Below the pieces are notes generated by a model that saw only the letters and a program-made list of their open reading frames with translations, did not search any database and was not told the origin of the DNA. This document shows positions 1 to 11,600 of a DNA stretch of 64,000 nucleotides, piece after piece. Every line of letters starts with the position of its first letter. Positions within the stretch are counted from its first letter, which is position 1. Source of the DNA: Auanema rhodensis (lineage: Eukaryota; Animalia; Nematoda); the NCBI GenBank assembly GCA_964057225.1, contig OZ059899.1, positions 14,756,001 through 14,820,000 of the forward strand, read 5' to 3'. Made by a program: the position numbers and the translations under genes.

Positions 1-322
1 GGTTCTTCAATGAAATAAAAACACATCTCAATGCAATATTAGAACACAAATCATACAAAAGAAAGCCAAATCAACGATGTAGTCATATCGTCATATCTTA
101 TCCAGCGCACTAGAAACGAACGAATGAACATTAAAGGGCGGGAATCGATGCCCGCTCAATGCACATTCACTCCACATAACCAATAAGCAGCAGGTTTAGT
201 TCAATACTCAAGCAGTATTAGGCTTTTCGATTCATTTATAAATATATTACTTACTATATAATTTTACAATATTCATCACGGTTTTTGGCCACGAACTGGA
301 TTCTAATTCGCCATGGAGCAGG

Positions 323-1041
323 ATGAATCATTACTATATTCCGCTTACCGATCAACCCGACGAAAACACTTTTTTATGTGGTTATAACAGAGTAGGAAGC
401 TGCATAATTTCCATTAAACTTTTATTATTTAGGTGAGAAAATACGGCACTACCGTTAGTTCCTCTGAAACTAAGCCACAATATTTTATCAATTATCAGGT
501 ACTTCCCACTGATACAATTCAGGGAATTGCTTTAAAACATAATTGCTCAGTATGCAGTGAAATTTATTATAATTGAAAATAAAAGTATTTAGGTTTCTGA
601 AATAGTTCGTATTAATAAATTATGGTCCGTTGAGTCCCTTCATCTTAAAGAAATTATTAAAATTCCTGTAGAGCGTACTCCTGATGGCAGTACTCCTAGC
701 AGGGATATTCCTAGTAGTCATAGCAATAGAAGTCGGCCTAGGTACGTTGGAATGATTCATTTCATATCCTCCTTTGAACCACTTTAGTCCTAGGTCCAAT
801 TCTCCTGTCCCAACTGATACCCAGCAGGAATCAATGAAAGATATTTTATCTAGGATCGACAAAACTATCAAAACAACATCATCAACAGTGAGAAAGCTTG
901 AGCGATCTTCAACGTATGTACCTTTCTTTCTTTTTTAAATTTTAATTTCGTATTTTCAGAATTATCAAAGATGTTGCTGTGGAATCAAGATCAGAGCACT
1001 TTTCACTTCGAAATTTATGTAGTGATTATCAACAAATATAA
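323..1041 (+). CDS. lmd-2: LysM-domain protein (LysMD1/2-like, lmd-2-like), multi-exon
   Basis: Spliced translation MNHYYIPLTDQPDENTFLCGYNR|VRKYGTT...YQVLPTDTIQGIALKHNCS|VSEIVRINKLWSVESLHLKEIIKIPV is a LysM motif; stop TAA at 1039-1041. Symbol inferred from recalled adjacency to rpl-4 in C. elegans. Confidence 0.8.
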
Positions 1042-1079
1042 AAATTTATAATAACAGTTTATTTTCAACAATGAACAAT

Positions 1080-2267
1080 TTATTTTTTGCCAGCGCTCTT
1101 AGCATGGCGTCTCAGGGCGGCGGAATATGGGTTAAGTTTAACCATGAGTCTGTGCTTCTTGAGTGGGTTTCTGTGGACCTTTGGTGTCTTGACGGCCTTT
1201 CTGACTGGGCGGACAGCCTTGACGATTTCTTCAGATCTGATGATCTTGGAGAAGTCAGCGCTGGTGGTCTTGTTAAGTGGAACGGACCATCCCTTCTTCA
1301 GCTTGGAGGAGTTGACGTTGAGGGTTCCGTAGATGGCATCCAACTTCTTGAAAGCGGACTCGGTCCAGATGATAAGACGTCCAAGATGTCCTATTTTTTG
1401 AATGTAAACTGGGAATTAATATAAAAAATGTTACCTCCAGGAGCAAGCTTAAGGAGGTTCAAGCGTTCGACGTTCATGACATCAACACCTGGGATGTTAC
1501 GGAAAGCGCGGGCGCAGTCAGCATCTTGTCCGTAGACAACAACTGGTCCAAGCTTTTGCTTGTACTTGTTGTTGCGCATCTTTCCCTTACCAGCGCGAGT
1601 ACGCTTGGAGGCATAGACCTAAATAATAAATAGTTAAAGTAAATGAAAATATTTATATACCTTCTCGATATCTTCCCAGACATGAGATCTGCGGAGGAAG
1701 ACGACGGCTTCCTTGGTCTTTCTGAAGGACTCAACCTTGTCGGTAACGACGAAGGGAACCTCAGCGATCTTATCGATGATGTGTCCACGAGCTTGAAGAA
1801 GAGCTGGAACTCCGGAAGCAGCAATAGCGGAGGAGACAGCGTAACGCTTCTGGGCTACGTTGACACGACGGTGCCAGCGGCGCCAAACTTTAAGGGGAGC
1901 GAACATGTGTCCACCACGGCACATGTTTCCGAAAGCTCCCTGTCCGGAGCGGTGGGTTCCACCACCACGAACACGGGGAATACGGGCAACAGCACGTCCA
2001 GTTCCCCAGGATTCGGCAGAGTGTTGCATACCTAAAAAAATTTAAATCAACCACATAATAAAAAAAACAGATTAAGACATTGTTATTATACTTACCGGCC
2101 TTGGTAGAAACGGCATGAGCCTGACGCTTGTTCTTTCTGACCTGGTCGTGGATGAAGCTTACAACATCAGGTCTGATTGGGGCGCGGAAGACAGCAGGAA
2201 GCTTAATTTGACCCTCAGTTGCCTCATACTTCTCATTATAAACCGTTACAAGCGGACGGGCCGCCAT
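1080..2267 (-). CDS. rpl-4: 60S ribosomal protein L4 (uL4), 4 coding exons (2267-2096, 2031-1661, 1618-1435, 1390-1080)
   Basis: [10 protein letters not shown]...[39 protein letters not shown]...LAPGG|HLGR; GT-AG junctions restore the frame. Confidence 0.98.
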
Positions 2268-2664
2268 ATTACCTCAAAAAAACATAACATGAAAAAAAGT
2301 TAAACTAAGTATGATAAAGATAAGCAATGAAAAAAATTGAACAGAGTAAAAATAAGACTATTGCTCATGAGTAATCTTAATGAAATAAGATTTTTCTTAT
2401 CCTAATAATAATGTTTCTAAACAAGTGACTACTTAAAAGTAATGAGTACAATAAACAATTCACTGGAAATTTAGACATGAAACTATTTCAAAAAAGTAGG
2501 AATTCTCCCACTTCACAGTGTCTTTGGATTAGCTGCCACGATAACTGAGTATTCAACGTAGAAAAAGGTCTCGCCGCAAATCCGTTACGGTACTTTATTT
2601 TAACAATGTACGCAATTTATTGCGTTGTGAGTATTCGCATTTAATGAAATAGCTGATATTGAAG
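2268..2664. promoter_or_regulatory. Probable bidirectional promoter between rpl-4 and ubr-4
   Basis: Head-to-head genes ~400 bp apart; GGTCTCGCCGCAA...TACGGTA at 2567-2592 and two TGAGTAT motifs (2546, 2628). Confidence 0.6.
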
Positions 2665-5600
2665 ATGAGTTCCGGTGATAATTTCCATGCTTTTGAAGAA
2701 AGCTCGCAAACTTATGAAACTCAAGATCTTACATCCAACACGAGATGTGAGTGTCAACAATTTAGTTCCGAAGCGGCTGAATTATTACGACAAAGGGTAG
2801 CCCTTGTAGTTAATGAAGAATTGGATCAATTTGTCCAGTCCATGGATATCTTAGCTCAGTCTTGTGTTAGTTTGAATGTGTTATGTACTAGAGAAAATAT
2901 TGTTAATAGTCCTATACTGAAACATATTCGGTGCTTAATGATGAAACGAGAAATAAGCAAGATGTTGAGGACGAACTTTACATTTCTAATATTTTGAACG
3001 AAATGCTCACATATGCGTCAGTGATTTTGTTAGCGAAGATCGGCTGAATGAAATTTTGAATGATTATTAAATACAATTCTTCATTGTCAATAAATTTTTT
3101 ATTAAATGTTGTTTCTTTTTAAAAGGGTACGATTCACCATTTTAATACTTTGAATAATTACAAATCTATGACACATGATAAGTTTTAGATGTTGTTTGTA
3201 CACACTAGTAAGGATACAGATTCTGAATGTCAAACCATATTATTGGCTCAGAAACTGATTCGGGAACGTAAAAAGCTGGAAAAAGATCTATTAATACAAC
3301 ATTTAATAGCACTATGTGGACGGTTCAACTGTAGGTTTTCCTTAGCCTGTGTCGTTGCAAATTGTGTGTTCAGATGCATTATCAGATTTATCAGTTGTCG
3401 TTGCTGCATATGAATTCATCATAACTGAGTTATCTGAAACTGTTGAAGATTATAAGCGGGAAGAATTATTAATCCTGATTCATGCTATTGCCATGGATGT
3501 TGCGATACCTTTACAACTTTTTGTTGATCATGTCCAAGAAAACAGTTCTGAGCCTGATAGTCTATTAATGAGTAACCCCCAACCACTTGACCGTAGGAAA
3601 TTTCAAGATCAAGCTAAGCTGAGCATTAAGGTGAGCTCATTTATAATGTTGATGGAAACGTTTGTTTTATTTAGGCATCTCTTTGTCGTCAAAATCAAAT
3701 GTTTATGTTTCAAAAGCTTATTCCCAGAATATGTAACGATCTGTGGATAAAGCCTGATACTAGAAAAGCTTTTGAGCATTGGAGAACAACAAATACCGTT
3801 AATTCATTCACTATGTAGGTGTTACTCGATTGATTTATACATCTGTTTAATTTAATAGTGATGATGAAACAATGCAAGCAGTGAAAATGGTTTTACAAGT
3901 TTTGTCAATTGAATGGTTTAACATCGAATTCCCGGCAGAATTAGTAGATAATCTTGTGTTTTATTCTTTGTTTTTTATTCACCAGTAAGTTTTAATTAAT
4001 GCTTATCTTTTTAAAAAAAATGTCTAGGTTGTTAGAGAAAGAACCGGAAAATAGAACGCTTTTGCACTATTTGGTCTCAATTAATCATAGAGCTTTACGC
4101 TTATTATGGAAACGACTAACAGTTTTGGAGCATTGTCAACCGATTGTGGCTATTTATATGAATTTCGTTGACACCGTAAACTAAGATTCGTTCTCAAGAT
4201 TATAAAATTCTTTTTTTCAGTATTTCAATAGTCCATGCTTCACAAATTTGATGGAACTTTTAGCTGGTGCTTTACCTTGGTTTTCTAAAGAGCAACGACT
4301 TCAGCTGAAGATGTTCTCTGAAAAGTTATGGGATTGTATACTGCGCCTTATGGAGTTTGTACCTGTTCATATTTGCGTTAAAGTTGAGAACTTACTTGAT
4401 GTTCCAATCACTTTGGCATCCCCTGAAAGCAGTTAGTTGTTTTACCAATTTTTGGATTTTTGCTTTTTTTTACAGGTAGTCCAACACCCCATTTAGATAA
4501 TATCGAATGGCTGGAAACCATGTTCAGTACAATCCCTTTGAATATGGATAAACAAGAAGCAGAACAAAGACAACTATCGAGGAAGAAAAAGGTGTGTGTT
4601 TAATAATCGTGTTGATGTATATATAACTGTTAAGATGAGAAATATTTTCTTGGATCTTTTATCTTCGGTTGGCCCAGAAATAGAGTGTTATGATGATAGA
4701 GTAGCTGAATTCTTCAAAAAAGTAAGTATATAGTGAATGTATTCAAGTTTTTATTCTATTTAAGTTACAATTGAATAATTTCTATGAGATTCCTCGTGAT
4801 TTGCTGGGAAAAAGTGTTTCTCCATTCCTCGCTGAACTCTCTGAACCTCTTCAGGTATGTTTCTTTTTCTAATCAAATATCACGTATAATTTATAGAAAA
4901 GGCTAGTAGACGAATGTTTTGCAAACACTGAAAACGATTCTCTTGGTACTATGAAGTTCATTATAACGTATTCTCAACGTCCTGCATATATGAGCAAACT
5001 TGTTATCGATGAATGCATCAAAGATTTAATGTCAACGACAGAAATCCCAGTGTTGTTAGTTCACTAAACTCATTTTCTTACAATGGTATCATTTATCCAG
5101 ATTGCCGCAATTTATGGACGATATTAACTTCCTTTGTTTTATTCGTTCCTTTATTGATAAACCTACTGCTTTGGATTATGCTCGACAACTTTTATTAGTT
5201 GTCTCCAATGACAAGTATATGGAAGATGCTCCTTACATGGTAGAACGAATATATCATATCATTTATATTTTCTTCTATAATTCAACCTCGGGTATATAAT
5301 TTTAATTTTTTTAAATGCTAATTTTTCAAAATGTTCAGACTACAGGGCTTCAAGCCTCCGGGTCATGGATTACACTTTTGAGGATATGTGCTTATCAGAA
5401 GAGGAGTTAAGCAAAATAGTACGACGATATGCTACAATCTCGAGTGAATGTCCTTCCCCAGCTTTACCTTTATTTAAATTCCCCTTTTTTACTTCTAAAG
5501 TACGTTGACCATTTTATTTATTTAATTGTCTTAAATTTTTTTAGGAACTTGATGAAAAAGAGGATGTTTTAATCCTGTCACATATGTTCAAATTAATCCC

Positions 5601-8600
5601 ATATATAACATCTGATCTTGGAAAACAATTTTTTACTGTATGTTGTTAATGATAGTTTTTTGAACATTATTTTATTTTAGGCTTTCTACCAAAACAGCCC
5701 TGACATAATTGAAAAGTTTACATCATATTTCGAACCAACCAAGTTTCCTGAAATGTTTTACAATGTTTTATCTAGATATTCAATAGACCTAATGGTAGAC
5801 AGTTGGAAATTTTTAAAATTATGTTATCGCTTTTAGAAAGAAGGACTATACTTTTATAGTATCTATGATGCTGCCCTTATTGCTATTTCTTTCGAATTTC
5901 CTATTGATGTCACTATGATACAAACGTGCGCCTCCTTGATTGAACGTGTTGACACCTTTTGCATGTAAGTTTTTTTCGGTTCGAAAAAAAACCTATCTTA
6001 ATGTTTAGCTATAAGACTGCTAATCCCAAAAAAGACAGCACTCTTGAGAAATTATGCAATGCTATGTTCATATTCCGAAGTCCCTTATTAGTGGATTCTA
6101 CTCGATTTGGAAACTACATCCGTGAAGCTCTTCCATCGACGCTGCTACCAGAAATTTCAAAGGAAGATAAAATGCCCAGGACAAATATACGTTATGGCGT
6201 GAATAGCTTTTTCGTAAGTTGTATTTTATAATTAATTTGAAGTTATTTATCTAATAGGTTTCTGATGATGATTATCCGGCAGTTTGTGATTACTCCAAAT
6301 CAAAAATTATTAGCTGTCTCATGCATTTCCGTAATGAAATTATCCACTACATATTTTCGAAGAAAACTCTTGTTCAGTAAGTAGATATATTTTTTGACTT
6401 ATTCATGTTTTTGTTTATAGAGCAACAGAACCTACGTGTGATGAAGCCATAAAGTTCTTTGTTCAAGTTTCACATTCATCCATGACAACTCCTCAATGCA
6501 GCGAAGAATTCTCTACATTTCTCGCTACTGTATGTCTAATTATATAATATCATTTTTATAAATGTTGTTTTATTAATTTAGAATGAAAAATCACTGGAGC
6601 AACAACTTTGCTATGTTGTTGGGAACATGATGAAAGGAGTAACGAATTGCTCACCTATAGAAGAATCAGCAATTGAAGTTCGGTAGGACTTTTGTTTTAT
6701 ATTCAATTTATTTTCTCTTTTCAAGTCCTCTAACACTTGCATATGCTACCACAATCACAGAATTTTTTGTGGATGATCAATTTGGAGCACATAAGTGGCC
6801 TGCTTCTGTTACTGATATTGTTTGTAACATCTTGAAACAATGTGGAACTAAAAGTAAAATGGCATTTTTACCTGTACATGCGACGGCATTGAAGAAAATA
6901 TTTACTAATAAACGTGAGTTTGCATGATAATGTAATTGCTCAACTATTTAATGTAGAAGCTAAACACGAACCTTGCAATGCTTTGAGAACAATATTAGCT
7001 CAAAATATTTCTCTATTACCTTCTTGGGTTCAGTACTCCATATGCCCTTCTGCTTTCTTATGCGAAATGCTACCAATAATCACCGAGCTTGTTGAAAAAC
7101 ATATGGTAAATATATCTCAATGGACAAAAGTTTATTCTTTATTCAGATATCCACAACTGAATTGGCCGATTCCATCGAAAAATGTGTAGAATTTGTGATT
7201 ACACCAGATCTCATTGATCAATTGTATCTGCTTTTCCCGTTAAACTTACAATCATCTGATCGGTTTCTACATTCTCGCTTAAAGTTTATCAGTGAACCGC
7301 AGTCATTTAACTATACCTCTTGTAAGATTTTCTTTTTCAATCATAATCATACATAATCTATTTAGCTGAACCATTTGCTTCATATCCTTTAGGAGAGAAT
7401 AGATTGATATTTCACGATGCTTTGCAGTTATTATGCAAATTTGGAAACGTCAAAACTCATCTTGAGGTAAGTTGTTGTTTTGCATAATAGTATACTATTA
7501 TGAGATGCTTATTAAAATGAAAACGTGAAAATGACGTGTAACCATCGCCACTCTGAAATTTATATTTTTTGTTTCATTTGCAAGAGACCGGTCGAGAAAT
7601 TCAAATTCAATCACCACAGCTCTAACAATCATTTTCTGTTTTCAGATTTTGAAACGTTCTTGTGACAATCTTCATAAATGGGCTGGAGTATCAGATAAGC
7701 AAGGTGAAGCTTTGAAAGGAGTACGCCTGCTCACTGTAAGCTTATGAAAAATATGATTTATATATGTATTTTTTATAGTTTGATGAGTTTTCTATCGCTT
7801 TCCGTCTTATGGTATCTACTGCTTTGTTTTCTTATCTGACTGAGTTGACGACTTACGTTTTGGGTCGTATTCCGGAGGATGATGCTGAATACTACAGTGA
7901 TTCTGAGTCCATCAGGGTTAACGGTTTCCCCACTTTCTACTTTGCAATAATATATTTCTAGAAAATGCTTACTAGGAAGCCTGTTCTTCAAAGTAGTCTG
8001 AACTCTTTGGAAAATCCAAATTCTTCTCAACCAACATCTTACTGTACTTATTTATCTAGCGAACAACGTAGGCATTTTAGCAAAATATTCTTATTTTAAT
8101 TTCATTTTGAAGAATTCATTCAACAACATTGGTACAATTGTTTCACTTGCAAAATGGTTGAATCTGTTGGCGTTTGTAGTATTTGTGCTATGAACTGTCA
8201 TCGAGGTCATGAAATTGTGTATAGGTGAGAATTTAAATATAATTTAACATTCAAAGTACTCATTTTTAGCAAATTTGGACCATTTTTCTGTGATTGTGGA
8301 GCTCGAGGTTGTAGTTCACTCCAAGAAGGTGCTGTTAATTGCACTCCACTGAATGCTTGCCGCGGCCGAATTTTGACATCTGAAGCTCCAGTATATTCTA
8401 TTTTATCTTAATTATTATATTTTTTACTCTTTAGAATGAGGCTAATGATATCAAGGATGCCAAAATGTTTGAAATTCCAGAAAATCTCGATTTGAAGTTT
8501 GAAACAGTTCAGCCTGAGCTAGTTAGTGGCTAATTGAGTATCTCGCCTATAATTCGTTCCTTTTTAGGAAAGACTTTTCGAAGAATTCAACAATTCTTGG

Positions 8601-11600
8601 GACCAATTGGAAAATTTAATCAGCGGTACCATTCAATCAAAGCAGAATCAGTGGAATTTGGACGATAGACGAACCAAGGCTAAGGAGGCTATGGCAGTTT
8701 CTGAAATGAAGATCAAATATAAACAAGAGTTTATGGAGCAAACTTTCTTAGGCGGAAAACATCACTTGAACTTCGCTGCTACTAAGCGAGATATAGTAAA
8801 CAATGAAAATAGGAATCCGAATCGTGCCAAAGATATTAGCGGACTTATATCACTAGGTAAGTCTTTAAATATGTGTGTAAAATAGGTTTTTTTTTAGATA
8901 ATGGATTACAATTATGGGTTATATCTGAAGGGTCTATTCTTTATATTCATCATATCAATGTGAACGAAAACTTGATGGATGAATTAGATACAGCGGTACA
9001 TTACCAAACTTAGAATAAACTAACATTTTCAAAATTTCAGAGAATTGACACTGATCCTATACCTTTTCATGCTAAACGGCTTCTGGCGTGTGAAGAGAAA
9101 CTGGCAATTATGGGTAGACAGGATATATTGCTCTACCGTTTTGGTAAAGATGGTGAAATCTTGGATCGTGCTTCGTTAACAGTAGAAGATACATTAACAA
9201 ATCCACTAGTGAAGGTATGAAATAAGAACACTACTTAAAGACAAACTTGTATATTAATAGGTTGCCTGGTGTCCAGGTAAAGCGGGTTTAGTTGCAATTG
9301 CCACTCTTCAGTACGTTAGAATATTTGATATAACTCAAGATCTCACCCAATATGTTGAAGAGCTTGTACTCCCAGTTGGTAAGCTTAACTTTTGTGTTCT
9401 TTTTACGATTTTCTATTTCAGGAAATGTTGAGGACATGCAAATGTTTGAAGACTCCGGTGAAGTTAAAGTTTTAATCTTAAGCAGTATTGGACACTTGTA
9501 TCAGCATAAGGTTTTTTGGCTTTTATATATTTTTGATACATTTCTTAATGTTATATCGCTCAGGTTATATCCACTACTCCACAAAATAATTCGTTTTTCA
9601 TGACCAACTATTTTGACATTCTAGGTTCTCGCGATGATGGGAGTGCGATGTAAAAGCAAATTTCTTTAATTCTTATAAAAAAATTTTCTTTTAGGTCGTT
9701 CCATTATTCTCCTACTACTCAATTATTCTTTGTTTCGTTTGAAGAAGCATCTTATGTTGCTGCTGTTCCTAAAGAAAATATAACGAAAGAAGATATCTCT
9801 GTAACATGGAAAAAGTATGTAATTTTAAATGTATACCATAAACAGTTTTCAGTTAATTTTTCATAAATTAAGTTCTCAATTTTAGATTGGAAATTGAGAG
9901 TCCTCTCTATTGCTGGCAAGAAGTTCATGGTATGATCACTGCATTGCCAGTTCGTCGATTCTCCTTTATCTATTATTTCTATTACAAAGAAGATTGTCTC
10001 ATAATTCAGGTTTTTCCTCCTACTTGCAATTTTACTAAGTTCATTTTCAGTCTGCAAATCAGCGTAAACTTATTCCTTACTGTCATGTATTACTCTCGGG
10101 AGCTGACAACGAAACCGTTTTCGGGTTGAGTACTTATTTTGATAACACTGCTGTTATCCTGAGTAGAGTGTAAGTGACATTGAAGTACAAAATTTCTGTA
10201 ACTGCTTTCTACTTTTAGCAAATGGGCCTCATTGCCAGACTTCTGGATTGAATCTATGCCATTGAGACTTAAAACTCTCACTCCAGTGCTAAACGAGGAT
10301 CCAGCTGAGGACCTTCCAAGAGAACAACTTCCTCTGGTATTTACTGTTCTTCAGGATCTACCTGAAAATGCTATTTCAGATGATGGAAAAATGTGAACCT
10401 ATAGATAAGGTTGAAATTCATGCTCCTGATTTATCCAAATTCTACGAGACTATTGATCTGGAAACTAGATTAAAAACTGTAAACACATGGGCTGTAACAT
10501 TGTCTCAGGTATGGTATCATTTATTTGGGAAACGTTTACAAAGCATTTTGCAGGTTTCAAAGTTTTCTATAACTTTTCGTGTAAATGATTCAAATATGAT
10601 TGTGAGAGCTATTAGAATCGAAGTTCCTGGTGAGAAAGGACCAAATGAGGTAATCATAAAAACTGTAATTTTAAAAAGCATTTTAATCTTAGGTGAAATT
10701 CATGAATACTACCATGAACTTGGATACTAGTTCTAATCGCTTTTATGATATACTTCTAACAAGAACTGAGAGTTTGAATTTGTACGCATAGAAATATATG
10801 CTGCTTCTATTCCACTTTTTTCTAGGGATCAATCTAATATTGTTCTTACATTCAAAACTGATTTTCCACCTAATGGTAGAACAACTTCAACAGTCATTTC
10901 AATTCGTCTTTATGGAATCTCTAGAAGAGAATTCGGGTATCCAAAGTCCAATACTGTTTTGAAGAATCCGTTGTCACTACCGGAGTCAGCTATTTGTAGT
11001 CTTACTCGATTCTTCAGTAAAGCTGCCAACTGTAATTTAAAAACTTTGGTAAATACAACTGCGTTCACTTGTTTTCATTATTGTTGTTATAGGACCAAGA
11101 CAAAATGTTGAATATAGCCACAAGGTTGAGCAGTTTTCGTAATGCTCATCAAGAAATTGTCACTGCAAGCAATCATCTATTGCGTTCAATTTCTGGAAAG
11201 AGTTTAAAAACATACTATACCATCAAGGACCGAGCTACTCTTCGTAATTTATGATAGTGTTATTCAATTTAATAAATAATATTCCAGAAGATATGGCGTA
11301 TTGGATGGACCAAGCCAAGAGCATCCCCACAAATGTACTTGCAGAAATTGTGAAGCAGATCAAGTATATGACTTATACCAGAGTTGGCATATTTTTCCAA
11401 TTAGTAGAAGAAGGTAGGATTCAAAATATTTTAATTTATTTGTACACATTTGTCTGCAGAGTTGGGTGGTCCAATTGAACTTTTGGAGTACTTACATTCT
11501 CAGTTGAGTGTTTCAAAAGATGAACCTCAACACCTTCTTGATGTTTATGTTGCGTTGACCATGATATTCCTTTCATCCCAAGTCGGAGACACAAAACGTA

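Noticed and set aside
2268-2280. AG|GTAAT immediately before the start codons of rpl-4 and ensa-1 (recursive-splice-like)
   Set aside because: AG|GTAA before ATG is a common context at nematode acceptor/trans-splice sites
1071-2303. Plus-strand ORFs (117, 81, 130, 61, 62 aa) over rpl-4
   Set aside because: Antisense shadows of a codon-biased, highly expressed gene; no recognisable protein features
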